Of a stretch of 64,000 bases of DNA, positions 10,914 to 24,100 are shown piece after piece (the first letter of the stretch is position 1; each line of letters opens with the position of its first letter). Origin of the DNA: Peribolospora baueri (lineage: Eukaryota); assembly GCA_029717555.1 (NCBI GenBank), contig JAMDHS010000016.1, positions 124,001 through 188,000 of the forward strand. Direction: 5' to 3'. Under the pieces are notes generated by a model, which searched no databases, was not told the DNA's origin, and saw only the letters and a program-made list of their open reading frames with translations. Position numbers and translations under genes: made by a program.

Positions 10914-13337
10914 ATGACCGCCGACGCTGACGCCGACGCCTCTATATCCGCCTGCTTTGCGCCCGGCCTTCTCAGCGCCGAGACGCGCGACGAAGTCAGA
11001 CACGCCTACGCCTGTTCCGAGCCCTACCTCCATGCCGTTCTCGGGGCGCTCATCGATGAAGACTTGCTCCGGGAGGCGAGGAAGGAAATTGTGGAGGAGC
11101 TCAGGTTTGCCGATAAGGAGACCGACATTTACAAGGTCAGAGGCGCCGCTGGTTTTGCCCTTGGTCCGCCTTCCAGCCTGGCCGGCTGTTGGTTCAGTCA
11201 GCAGTTAGTTGACCTAGCCCGTCCTTTCCTTGCTCTCTCTCCGCGTCCCTCGCGGCAGGTCAACCAAACTGGCGACCTAGCCAACCTGGACGGCCTCGAA
11301 TCCGCCGAGGCGGACCGGCTCAAGTCTCTTCTTAAGGTCCGCAATGCGCTCTACTCCTCCCAGTTCCGGACCTGGCTCGAGCAGGTGACCGGTTGCGGGA
11401 AGTTGAGCGGCAAGACGAAGGACATGAGCATCGCTGACTATCGCGCTGGATGTCACTTGCTCAATCACGAGTGCGTCCGCCTGGCCTTTTGTCGTGGGCC
11501 ATTCGCCGACGCGCGTCTCGCTTACTCCATCTTCTCCTCACGCCCTTCGCACCGGAACGGTCAGCGATGTCATCGCTACTCGCCGACTCTCCTACATCCT
11601 TTACCTTCCTGACCCAGCCGAACCTTGGAAGCCAGAGTGGGGCGGCGCACTTGAGCTGTACCCCGTCGAGAGCAAGGGCACGCCGAGCAACAAGCCGTCC
11701 AAGGTCGTCCCGCCTAGTGAGGAAACACCTGCCCGCTCCTGCTCCGTCAGAAGAGAGTGGCTGACCCGTATACGTCCACACTTATCGCTGTTCTTTATTT
11801 TGTATAGAGTACAACCAGTTCGTCTTTTTTGCAGTACAACCCGGGCACTCGTTTCACTCGGTCGAAGAGGTCGTCGCCGAAGGAAGGAGCAGACTGAGCA
11901 TTTCAGGCTGGTTCCATCGGCCCAAGGAGGGAGAGGAGGGGTACGAGCCAGAGGACGAGACGAAAGAAAAGCAGGAGAGCAGCCTAGAGATGCTCGTAAG
12001 TAGAGCGTGGACCCGCTTAAACGTCCCTCTGCGCCGGACAGCTGGAGCGATCACGGTCTGATTCGTGTTTCCATCTCTTCGTCTTCCATCCACAGTCTTC
12101 TAAGGCCTCAGCGCTACCTTTCGCCCCTTATCCCGATTCGCTCGCCCTTCCCATCCCTGGCACGCCTCTCTCTAAGGAGGACACGGCCTTCCTGTCACAT
12201 TTCCTCAACCCGGCCTATCTGACCATCAAGACACAGGCTCAGTTGTTTGAGCGCTTTGGCGATGACTCCAACATCCTTCTCACCGACTTTTTGCGCAAGG
12301 ACCTAGCCGACCGATTGGAGAAGGGCCTCTTGGAAACCGACGGTCGGGATGGGCTGCGATGGTGGGAACGAGGGGAGGGCGCTTCGGTCCAGACGCCCAA
12401 GCACGCGCTTGGGGAGGACGAGGAACGAGGATGGCGGATTGAAGGACCGCCGCACAAGCAACGCTTCCTTGCTCTCGGCTCGTCCTCACCGACCCCGGTA
12501 TCCGCAGCCGATCTCGCCGCTTCCGCTTCCGAAGCGGCCTCTTCCACGGACCCTTCCACACTGCTTCAGCTCCTCAGCCAGACGCTCTTCCCTTCCCCCG
12601 CTTTCCGATGCTGGCTCGCCAACGTGACTCAGCTCGTGCCCATGGCGCGACGGCCGACGCTCGCCAGACGCTTCAGGCCCGGCCTGGACTACACTTTGGC
12701 GAGGAGCGACGAAGAGGCGGTGCTGGACGTGACACTCAACCTCACTCCGGACGTCGTCAAGGCCGCCACGGCCGCGGCTGGTGAGGGCAAGAAGGGACCT
12801 CGGGGAATTGCCGGCAAGGCCGCCTCCAAGAAGCCCAAGCTGGACGGGGGTAAGGAAGGCGCCGGCGTCGGGGGCACGCCGTCTTTGAGCCGGAAGCAAG
12901 GCAAGGAGCTGCGGACCAAGTGGGAGAGCGGAGAGGTGGGCGGGTGGGAGTGCTACATGGCCCCTCACGAGGGGGCGGACGACCCGGCGGTGTACAGGAG
13001 CGGGAAGGCGGAGAAGAGGGTGGTGGAGGAGATGGAGGTGGATGGGTTGTTGGAAGACGAAGAGCAGGGAGACGAGGAAGGGAAAGAAGGCGAGGAAGAG
13101 GGCGCGAAGGAGGAAGATGAAGACGAAGACGATTCCGACGATGACTCGGATTTCGACGGCGTCCTTCTCAACCTTACGCCCGACTTCAACACGCTCGGCG
13201 TTGTCCTCCGCGATGAGGGCGTGATGCGCTTTGTCAAGTACCTCAGCGCCAGCGCTGGAGGGAGCAGGTGGGACGTTGTGGGCGAGTGGGAGGTGGGAAG
13301 TTTGGAGGACGATGAGAGCGGTGCGGAGGCCCAGTGA
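10914..13337 (+). CDS. TPA1: Prolyl 3,4-dihydroxylase / 2OG-Fe(II) oxygenase TPA1/Ofd1 (multi-exon)
   Basis: [20 protein letters not shown], spliced HLLNHDDVI (HxD), [49 protein letters not shown] and [14 protein letters not shown]. Confidence 0.93.
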
Positions 13338-13716
13338 GGAATTCGGCGAGGGAGGGAGAGGAGGAGAGAGTGGGTGGCGGTGGCATGGCGAAGCCGAGTT
13401 GAGATTTACAGTGACACGAGAAGAGAGCATCGCAGTTGCCGTACTCTGGGTCGAACGAACGTTACTCGACGGCAACGTTTTGGGATGATACGCGCGGTCA
13501 GTGGGCGCGAAGCCGAAGGGCTGGAGAGGGATGGAGCATCGCTTTCGTGTCAAAGTTGCACCCAGAGGGACCGTTCTGCGTGCTTCAACTCCACCTCCGC
13601 GTCAATTAAAAATTGTCCGCTCCAACTACTGCGCTGCCTTAGCTGCCTCTACGGTTCTCCAGTCATCCGTCAGAAAGCGCACTTCCTTCCAGCTCCGCGG
13701 CCTCATCGCGCTCCAG

Positions 13717-13937
13717 ATGGCGAGAAAGGATCAAAGAGAGGTCAGCCGGCCGGACCGCCAGAGCGGGTGGTCAGGGCCATGCGACACGCCCCCGTTGGTT
13801 TGGTGAAAGTGAGCACCCAAGGAGACGGTCAGCCGGCTGGCCCTAAGGGGTAACTCTCGCCGTTCTCGCATCGTCAGCGTTGAAGGAGAGAAACCTTCAG
13901 CGGGAGTCGACGCTCGTCTCGCTCACTCTATCTTTTT
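13717..13937 (+). other. Predicted structured RNA element: long irregular hairpin, then a short hairpin, then a T5 run; identity unknown
   Basis: Nested stems found by hand: 13717-13725/13855-13863, 13740-13750/13832-13842, 13753-13757/13826-13830 and 13765-13773/13810-13818. Second hairpin 13878-13886/13894-13902. G-U pairs favour the + strand. Confidence 0.35.
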
Positions 13938-14234
13938 CCCCTTCCTTCGGACCCAACCCAAACTAGATAGATGGTGTTCATCGCTACGCGCCGATTCTCT
14001 TGCATCTTCTGCTCACTGAGCGGACAGTTCCACAGTCGATCAGAATGGGGCAGGCGGAAGGAGAGATGTGGACTCGATGAACTCTGATTGCAATGTGATA
14101 TTCGAGGGTATTGCCGACCAACACGCCTTGCAGTAGAGTGATTCATGTTACGAAATCGCCAATGCCGGCCGCCCAGTCTGCGTACTGGCACGGCGCGGCG
14201 ATTGGGTTGAAAATCTTGACTGGAGTACCGGTGA

Positions 14235-17200
14235 TCAATGCTCGTCGAGATTGGCGAGGAACTGGAGCCATCGCTTCTTGTAGATGATGCCTTTGTCTGA
14301 ACGGGTCAAAGATCAAGTGCCAAGTCAACACGAGACGGTGAGGTATCCGGTGGGTCGACTGGCACACTCACAGAAGCCTCTCTCATCAGTGACAACGACG
14401 TAGCGGACGCCAAGCTTGGTAAACAGCTGCTGGACGAGCTCGAGGGACGAATTGGACTGTACGGTGATGGGCGCCTTGTCCGCGTAGCGGCTGAAGTCCT
14501 GAGGATCGCTGACGGCGAGGAGGGAGCTGTCCCTCAACTCAGAGCCATCAGCGCTAGAGCCCTTCAGGAAGGGCAGCTGCCGGAAGAAGACTGGTGACGT
14601 GGACGGGTGATCGGCAAGAGTAGCTACAAATGGCGGAATCCGGCGGTCAGCCAAGCGTCGTCTGAGTGCTCAAGCGCTTTCGCCGCGTAGCAAAGGACAC
14701 TCACCCAATCCGTGCTCGAGCTCATTCGCCGCAATATACCCAACCATTTTAAGCCCTGTGGCGATGCGTTGACGACTTCCACCCGAAGGAGCCGTTCCGC
14801 CCGCGATGCCGCCAGCTGGAACGATAAAGTCCTCCTTTACGATGATCGGGAAACCACCATCTCGGTATCCGCCCACCTTCAGGCGCTCGAGTTTGGCTCG
14901 CAAAGAGCCGACAGTGTTGTCTGCAGAGGGCCAAATAACCTCGGGAGACGAATCGACCTGACGAACAAGTAAAAGAGACAGACGATCAGCCCCAAGTCTC
15001 GTAAATGAGGAGTACAGATCATGAATTGGGCAGAACGAGCTCACAGCGTCTTGCATCTCAGCCCCTTTCCAAGTGTATTCGTGCTTGTTGTCCAGGTAGG
15101 GCAGGCCAGCGAATTCGATAACGAGGTCATAGATACCCCTGCGCTCCAGCGCGTCGGCCACGGTCTTGGCTACTAGGACGCTGAGCATGACGGGCTGGAC
15201 AAAAGAAGACGAAGGGCACGATGAGAACGTCTAGAAGAAGCAGTGTCCTTCGGCGAGTGGACCAGCCTACTCACAACGACATACGTCATTGTACCCGTAA
15301 GCTCAAACATGATGACGGCGAGCGACACCGTCGTCCTGGTCACGCCAGAAAGGGTAGCCGCCGCGCCGACCATAGCGTATACTCCTGGAATGATGCAGCT
15401 TCCGGGAGAAGGATCGGCGGGGCAGAAGCTGAAGAAGCTCGAGTCCGGATGAGTCCACCGCGCATACTGGACGAGAAGACCGACGATGCGACCGAAACAA
15501 GCGCCGACGCCGAGGGTAGGAATGAAGATGCCCGCGGGGACCTTAATGCCGAAAGTGATGATCGTGAGGATGCCCTTGACGATGCCGGCCCAAGCCACGG
15601 CGGCGACAAGAGGGCCAACTTGATCCGGTCTAGAAACGCATAGGCCGTCAAGATCTTCGTTTTCGTGGCATTCGGCGAAAAGGTTGGCGACGAGCTCGGT
15701 GCCGCCCATGCGCGTGTAGCCGTTCAGGAAGCTGACGACGACCGTCAGACCGGTGATGAGCACGACTTCGGAGACAGGGTGAGTTTTGAGCCATGTCTTG
15801 TTGCGGACGTGCTTGGCCCAGTAGATGTTCAGTTTGGAGAAATAGGCACCATAGATACCCTGTATAGACGCGGTACCGGAACGATTTATAGAGATCCCCA
15901 TGCTAAGATACCCGCCGGTCATAGCAGACTCACCCCAAACAAGCCGATAATGATGAAGAAGCCAAGCTCGTAGAAGTGCCAGTCCTGTCGAACGAGAGAA
16001 AACGACGGGAACGGACCCATGGTAAAAGAGGGCGAAACGACGGTATGATCCTAGTTAAAAGGATGCTCACCTTGTCGTACGTAACTTGAAAAAGGACAAT
16101 TTTGCCGGTTTGGAAGGGGTCCAGGAACTTGAGCGTAACGGCAGCGATCATGGCGCAGAAGAACCTAAATTCGAACGGAAAAAAATTGCTTCGCTGTCAA
16201 GATGGCCCGTCGCGAATAGAATAATGCTCGATCCGGTCGTTGCGAGCGACGCGTTCACTCACGATCGGAACATGACCTTCGCCGGGAAATAGTAGCTGAC
16301 CTCCTCGAGAGAAAAGAGCACTCCACCGACAGGAGCTCCAAAGGCTACCGCCACGCCTGCCGCGCAGGCCGCAGAAAGGATCTCGCGACGTTTACCTGAA
16401 ACACGTGCGTAAAGATAGAGTCTGAGCCTTCTGAGACAGGAAGCTCGGAAGCCAAAATTGGCCGATTTCCAGCACCTCGCCACTCACCTTCGTTGGTCTC
16501 GTACTTCCTGAAGCCTCGACATACGATGTTGCCCACGCAGCTGGCAATGTGTACAAACGGGCCTTCCTTGCCGAGACTGAGCCCAGACGCGACAGCGAGC
16601 GTCAAGCCGGCAGACTTGGTCAAGAGCGTCCAGAATCCGAGGTAGCCGTGAATCACGAAACCTGGCAGAAACAAAGTGGAGAAGGAAAAAGAGGCCGACA
16701 ATATTTTAGAACAGGATCGAACTTGCGCTAGTGGTGAGTTGACTCAACTCACCGCTCAGAATGGTCTTAATTTCAGGGATACCGCTGCCGCCGGCAAAAT
16801 AGAGCACCTTGGGAGGGTCCCTTTCCGCGACTTGGGCGCTCAACTCCCTCCTCAGGACCTTTGCTGGCAAAATGGTGGCATTGTCGCCCTCCAACGGCGG
16901 GGCACCTCTTGGCCCTAGGTACTCATTTTGGGCGCCGTCGACGTTATGGGCAACGTCAAATTCGTGATCGAGACGTCTTGCACCTTTGGGCGTCCGATCG
17001 TCGTCAAGGTGGCCGTTGGGCGTGAGCGGCTCGAGGTCGGGGAGGCCATTGAGCGTGGGAGGGGCAGGTGTGCTCGGAAAGTAAGCAGAGGGCGGTGGAG
17101 TTTCATTCTTCGTTTCGCTGAATAGGTAGGACGCTGTGAGGTGGACAGTCATGAGGCTTGCAACAGTAGCGAAAGCGATCTAGCCCAGACGAAGCATGGA

Positions 17201-18569
17201 CCATCGTATAAGCACGGAAACGGGACAAGGCGTCAGCTTTCCTCGACTCCATACGCCAGACTGGAAGCGCAACGGGCATACTCACTGCGATGACGACGAA
17301 AGTGATGTAATCGGTCCCCCATTTGTCAACCCCTTCTCTGCCATCTCGCATCCCGAAGCGCTCGCTCCAGGTGACCCAATCCTTGCATACTTCCTCATAG
17401 TCTTCCATGCCTCCGTGGGACCGACCCAGACTGACCTTGCCCCATACTGGCGAGAGCGCGACCGGCGCGGCCCACCCGACCAAGCGTGCGGGGGCCTTGC
17501 TAACGCCGCCGATGTTAAAGACAGAGAAAATGGACGCGGGTGGAGAAGCGGCGAACGTGCCTCCTGAAGGGAGGACGGCCTGAGGAGTTGGGGCTGGGCA
17601 ACAGAATCGCTTGGCGAGACGCCAGTCGCGAGCGCAATAACCCTCCTTTAGGTCGAAAAGAAGGGCTTCTGACGTGACAATGGCTCCGGCGATTAGAGCG
17701 GTAATGATACCGACGACTGTGACGATGACCCATCCTGGAAGGCCAGCGAGCCGCATGTCAGCACGACATGCCGGTTCAGAACGCCGTGGCGACGTAAAAG
17801 ACGCACCTTGCAAACGATCCCACATCCTTCTGAGGACTCCACGCAAACCTAGCACCTTGCTCAGACGTCGCTTGCGCGCGCTCTCCTTGATGGCATCGTG
17901 AATCCAGTCGATGGTAGTATACGAATCGTACCAGACGCTGTGGCAGGACGAACAGGGGCGGTGAGTCGAAACGAGACGATCGATCGATTAATCTTACTTC
18001 CTCCCTGAACACGCAATCGCAACCGAAGTTGAGCTCGCTCACCGTACACCGTTGTTCTGCTCGCCCATCTCGCCCTCCATCCCGCTGTCGTACTCTCTGG
18101 GCGCGGGCGTGCCAACGGCGCTGAGCGGTCTACCGAGATAATGCTTTGCCTTCCTGCCAAGCGTAAGGCCCTTGGCAGCCAAGCGGGGAATGCTACGGGA
18201 CTGCGAGAGCTCCCTTCGTGAGAGCAAGGGTGAGGTGGGGGTGCTGTATGAAGGGAAGGCGGGATAGGCCGGCCCATCCCCGTCTGTAGAAGAGCTATCG
18301 TTGCCACCTCTGGCGACGACCGCGGCATCAGAGTAAACGGCGGAGGGAACGGAAGAGGTAGAGGAGGCACGATGATTAGGCGGACGGCAGGGCAAGGCGC
18401 CGTAGGAATTGAAGGACGAAGATGGAGTGGTGCTGCCTTCTACCCTCTGCGCGCTGGCCGACGAACGGTCGCGGCGGAGGGCGGTGGAGGAAGAGGAGAC
18501 GAGAGGGGTGTGCTCATCGTCGCTTTCACTCGCATCTGCATCTGGGCCGCCGGGTTGCGCAGTAGGCAT
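14235..18569 (-). CDS. CLC-family chloride/proton antiporter with C-terminal CBS domains (many exons)
   Basis: [33 protein letters not shown] (gating Glu), [11 protein letters not shown] (proton Glu), [15 protein letters not shown] and CBS-type [14 protein letters not shown]. Confidence 0.95.
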
Positions 18570-19991
18570 GACGTGCAGTTGATCAGTCAAGTGAGTCGGA
18601 CCGGTGGAAGGAATCGAATGGTCTGCGGGGTAAGAGAACAGGTGCTGCAATGGAGAGAGCGCGAGGAAAGACAACGAGTGTGGGCCCAGGTCAGCGCTCG
18701 GTGGCGAGGAGCAAAAGCAAGCAGACTGTCCGGCGGATGGGAGACGACGCCTGGGGCCTTGGCAGGCGGTCAAGGAAAGGCTGAGATGTCGGACGAAAGG
18801 AAGAAGTCGTCGACGCAGGCACCTTATCTTATATCAATCAGCCCCTTACCGCAGCACCCGGCCCGCCCCAGCCAAGTCCGGCCAAGATCGCAAAAGGTCA
18901 TCCCGCCCAGCGAGGTTCGCCTTTCCTCCGCGCGTCCCTCCCTCCTGCCACCTTTTATTGCAATGAGCTCACATATTTTATCACACTCGTGCGCGTCGGA
19001 AAGAAGCAGAACAGCGCGGGTGCATGTTTAATCACCACGGTTCTCCATTTCATCTCCCTGCCGGTCTTCTTCGCGGCGGTTTGGGCGACGGAGACTGAAC
19101 AATCCTCCGTCAGCTGGCGCATTCCGCTGCCGCGGAGCACTGCGGAAGATGGCGACATGGACGCTGAGAGCATCCGACACAACTCCTGGAGAAATGTGTG
19201 GGAGCCGAGCTGAGCGATGATCATCTCTAAGAGCCAGGCCTGAATATACCACGACGCATCTGGTTGAAGTGACCATGATGGACGTGCATAAATCGCCTAC
19301 CGCTTTCAGGAACTCTATATGACTTGACGGATTGCGTTGCCGACAAGGCACAACAGTGCCTCGGAGCATTCACAACTATCTCTGTGATTCTGTTGTAGAA
19401 ATCCCGCCTTGGCGTTTTCGTGCAGACCGCCCAGGTCGCCAGGGGGCAACTTATGACAATGTTAATGAGCTCCGGCGACGAGGCCAGTGCACGGCATGGC
19501 TGCCTGCGGTGGTTAAAGGGCAAAGGAAAGAGATCGAATAGGGCGTGAGAGGAGGATGCTGAATAATGATCAGCTCGCCCACGTCGCTCTTCTCGCTTGA
19601 CTATCGCCGAATAGCCTTTGTCGAGATCGATCTGCGGGTAAATGGGGGCGCTGAACTTCGCACAGTGGCACGATCACAGCGAGCGGTGCCTCCCACGCCA
19701 ATCACTGCGTTATCTCTCCAGCAGGTGGCCTTTGCAGAGCGTTGGGCCCATACAAAAGGCAACGACACACGGCTACGAAGACGGTGGTGGTGCGGTGCCG
19801 ACCAAGTATGCGCAGAGAGCGGCGAGCGATCGAGTGGGCATCGCCGCAGCTCAGATGCGTTGACGTCATTTCAGCCGCAGCCCCCGCACCGCATTTATGA
19901 ACGTGCCAGATGAGACTCAAGGGTCGACTGGACTGCTTGGCTGTGCACCTTCATCAACCTCCTTCCCACACCCCAAGCGTCCACACAGGCA

Positions 19992-20797
19992 ATGGTCACG
20001 GTTACCGTCCAAGGCTCCCACACCCTCCACACAAAGGCCGAGCGTGCCCTCCTCCGCGTCACCGTGCGCGTCGAAGGCCCAGACAAGGACAAAGTCTCGC
20101 GCGACTGCGTCTTCGCCAGCAACAGCGCCGCCCGGCTCTTTCGGCGCCTCCTCAGGCCGCCCTCCGACGAAGGCGACAACAAAGGCAACGCAGAAGAAGC
20201 GGACACAAATGCGGAAGTACGTCCAGAAGTGAGCATGGGGAAGGAGGATGATGAGGAGAGCCAAGGCTCAGTAACTTGGTGGTCCATGGATTCGCTCCGC
20301 ACGCACTCCTACGAGGACGGCGGCATGGATAGAGACATCCAGATGCCGCCGCCACAGACTATCTACGTCTACGACACCTCCCTTCAGGCCAAGTTCCGCG
20401 ACTTTCACGCCCTCTCCTCCATCCTCACCGGGCCGGACGGCGCCCTCGTTTCGTTGCCCAACGTGGAGGTGCAGTCTGGCTCCTCACCAAGCGCACGCGG
20501 GCGCGCTTGGACGCACAGGCCAGGGAGGGCGCCGTGAGAGCCGCGATGGAGCGCGCGACCGACTACGCGAAGCCTCTTGGCCTCTCCCGCCTCCGAGCGG
20601 TCGAAGTGGCTGACGTGGGTTTGTTGAGTGCCAACTCCACCGCAGGCTTCTCTGGCGGGCCCGAGTACGTAGCGGTGCGAGGGAGGCAGTTCCCCGCCGC
20701 TGCCAGATACGCCTCGCACGGTTCGACCGCGCTTGACCTCACGCCTGAGGAGACCGACATTCATGCGAGCGTTCAGGTCAGGTTCGAGGCGACGTAG
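19992..20797 (+). pseudogene. SIMPL/DUF541-family gene with a frameshift at about 20475-20477 (pseudogene, recoding or sequence error)
   Basis: Frame A gives MVTVTVQG..AERALLRVTV..AKFRDF..LPNVEVQS. The family-typical continuation WLLTKRT..AQAREGAVRAAMERATDYA..LTPEETDIHASVQVRFEA lies in the -1 frame, with no room for an intron. Confidence 0.65.
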
Positions 20798-21175
20798 CGA
20801 ACTGTAGCATCCTCTCCCTTTCGCAATTTCTCTCCCTCCTTCCGAGCTAGCCCTCTCTAACCGCTACTGTCACCCACGTGCGCTTCTGCGAAGCCATGGA
20901 CAATTATTAGATTGCACAAGAACGTCACGTTGATGCCCTGGTAGAGACTCGGGATGAGAGTGGGGATCGTACCGGCATATCTTCGATATATTCTGTCGCA
21001 AGAAGCACCGTCGATACGGCGAGTCACGAAAAAGGCTGAAAGGACGTCAACGGAAAATAAAGATCACACAGGCGTCGTGGGCGTGATGGTTCCGACCTGT
21101 GGAAGACATGGGAAAGAAAAGAATGAAAGACGATGAGATGAGTATTTACTTTCGAGGGATTTCTGGTCCAAGTAG

Positions 21176-24100
21176 CTACATGACGGACGTGCTCACCACG
21201 AGGATCTGCACAGAGAATGGAATACGGCCGCACGATAACAAGCAAACAGCGTGAGCACCTCGTCTGCTACTTGGCTCATCAAGCAACGGCCGCCCACGAC
21301 TCAAACCCAGACGGACATCCTCACTCACCGGTACGCCATACTGGTCCATCTTGCAATCGAACGACACGAACACTCCCTTCCTGACCATCACCTCGTCCCC
21401 TCTTCGCTTCCTCTTTTCTTTCCGAGGCACATGCTCAGGTCTTTGTTCCCCTTCCGTCTCGGTCCATCTCCCGAGAGGCGGAGCATGTGCGGTTGCGCTC
21501 GTCGTCCTTGCTCCCGTCTCCTCTTCTCCACCTCCTTGTCGTTCGCCCTTTCTTCCCCCTTCCTCCGTTGGCCCCGTCACAGCATTCTCCTCACCCGCGC
21601 CCGTACCCTCAACCGGTCTAGCCTCCTCAGCCTTCGTGCTCTCTTCCTCCGCTCTCCCCAAAGCCCTTCCTCCCTTCCTACGCGACGGCCTTGTTCTACA
21701 CCGATATCCTGGATGAAGCTCCCGTAGGACCTGGAAGGTGGCCATGCTCGTCGACGGCGGCGGGATCTCGTTGGACGCCCGCAGGGCAAGGCGCTGGGTT
21801 AGCACGTGCGGTTGGTCGTGTGAATAGCGAGCAAGTGCGGAATGGAATTGGACGGATAGGCGGGGATGGGGAGAAACGACGGGCAAATGCGAACAGGCGA
21901 ATGAGACGTGAGACGCATATTCCTCATGTGCAGAGCAACGACGAAGGCCGGTCGCAAATCTGAGTTTCCCACCTCCATCAGGTCCGTAGCCGAGTCCTCC
22001 TCAAAGAGTTGGTAAATTGCCAGCTGGCCCTGTGGAGCGAAGCGAATGAAAGACAGATAGCGATCAGTCGCCTCCCTCAACCGTAAGCGAAAGTGACCCG
22101 ATAACCCCTGCTCCTTCTCTTGCACGACTCACCTCCTCAAAAATTTCGGGAGGCAACCCGCTCAACTTCCTCATCTCATCGTTCGCCGCATATATCTCGC
22201 CCGTCCTTCTCCAAACACACATGGGCACGGGCGTCTGCGGAAGGACTTTCCGCTTGTAGTACTCCACGAGGCTGAAGAAGGCTTGTTCGACGCGGACCAG
22301 TTGTGTGTCGGAGAGGCGTTGGGTCATCGCAAGGAAGTGGGGGCGGATGAGCGTTATGGCAGCGTTTACGCGCAGTTGGTTCTCCGGGGAGTAGCTGTTC
22401 CGGGACGGACGGGAGAGAAGAATGAAGAGGCGTTAAGTGTCAGCGAGTGGCGAGAGTAGCAGAAAGAGACAGACGATGATAAGACAGAAACAAGGCCCAC
22501 CGCTTCTTCTTGATCCAGCTGTAAATCTTCGCATAGCCTATCCGTCGCCAACACAGGAGCCAACGTGAGATTCTGTTACCAGGGCGGAACAATGTCCGGA
22601 CTCACCGTATGTATAGCTATAGGGCCTCAAGTGAGCCACCTTCTTCAGCCCGCCGTCTCCGTCTTCCTCCGAACCCGACTCCCCCGTGTCGACGCCACCA
22701 TCAAAACGTTTTGCCAACTGGCCACGCCCACCTCTCATCGGGCTTCCTTCTTCTCCCTCCCCAACGCTCTCCGGCCCACTCTCACTCCCACTACTACTCC
22801 AACTCTGACTCCCGCTCCCTTCTTCATCTGGACTCTTCACAGCGCCAATCTCCCGAGGCCCCGGGGCGGACGTGACAAAATCCTCGTGCGGGGGGCTCAC
22901 CGACGGGCTGATGGAATCGACGGAGGGAGTCTGGGAGGGACCGCAAGCGCGCGTGCGGCGAATGGAGGGCGGGCAGGGGGGCCAGGCCGTGATCGCCGGC
23001 GGGCGGGGCAGGTAGGCGGCCGTCGCCGACGTCGCCGATGTCGCTGTTGCCGCGGTCGAGGTGGACATAGGTACGGCTGCCAGAGATGGGGCTGCGGGCG
23101 CCGTTGTCGGCAGCAGTAAGGAAGTGTCGGCCGTGGGAGCGGGAAGGGAGGCAACCGCGGAAGCGGAAGTGGAAGCGAGGACGTTGGAGGGGGCGGAAGG
23201 GAGACTGCTGAAGGGTTGGAGCTCAATAGACGAGCCGCTTTTGGGCTCCAGAGGGGCCCAGCTCGAGCTCATCGTTGAAACCGAAGGAAGTTGAGCAACA
23301 GGAGATGATTGCGGTTGTTCGCCGGGGACGGACGCTCCACTCTCCCGCGATGGGGAAGTTGTCGGGGCCCTTCGCTCTTCGCCCGGGCTGAGGACCTCTC
23401 CGGTGTCAAGAGAGCCGCGTTCACCTTTCTCTTCATCCTGGCCGGCCCTACGATCGTCCACCTCCCCGCCCACCTCCTTACCTTTCTCCTCCTCGTCACC
23501 ACCCGCCGTGTTCTCCTCCAGGATAACGTCATTGAACATCGGGCTCGCCTCGGGCAAGCTTGTGGAACACGTCTGCCCGCTTCCGGCCCCTTCCGCGCTC
23601 TGCCCCGCAGTGGATATGGTCGAGATGTGATCCGGAGGACTGGACGGGCTACTCGGTACGTCGACCTTCCAGGTCGCTGAGGACGGGGGGCCGCTATTCT
23701 GTCTACCATGCACTTGCGAGAGCGGGGCCTGAGCCGACACGTCAGAGCCTGCGAGCATGGCGCCCCCGCCAACGTCATTCGAAGAGCCATGGAATGCGTT
23801 GAGAGCAGCAGAAGAGGAGAATGCGAGGGTTGCGCCATGAGATGCATTGTTAGGGCACGAGGCCTCTTCAATGTTAAAGAATGGGATCGGAGTCGCTGTC
23901 GAAGGCAGTCCTGGGGGTTGATACATGCCCAAATCACTGCCAAAAACGTCGGAAAGGAGCGCCGATGGACGTCAGCATATTCGCTCTCTCCCCTGCCGTT
24001 CGCTACTATCCTCTCCAACCGGCAGATATAAAAATGCGGATAAACGATCGACCCTATCTTCGCGCTACTCACTCGAACCCGAACAAGTTTCCCCTCTCTT

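Noticed and set aside
13471..13965. GTTTTGGG (about 13477) and ACCCAACCCAAACTA (about 13951) resembling RNase P CR-I/CR-V
   Set aside because: The CR-I spacing is off by one and I could not find P1, P2 or CR-IV. It would need an Infernal search before being claimed.
13660..13990. Minus-strand GATGA / GAGTGAG / CGATGA / CTGA boxes suggesting U3 snoRNA
   Set aside because: There is no box A/A', no terminal stem around C'/D, and the G-U pairs favour structure on the + strand.
18600..19990. 1.4-kb stretch between CLC and the SIMPL gene with short ORFs; considered a TE relic or snoRNA cluster
   Set aside because: I found no terminal repeats, transposase or RT motifs, convincing C/D boxes or recognisable spliced gene.
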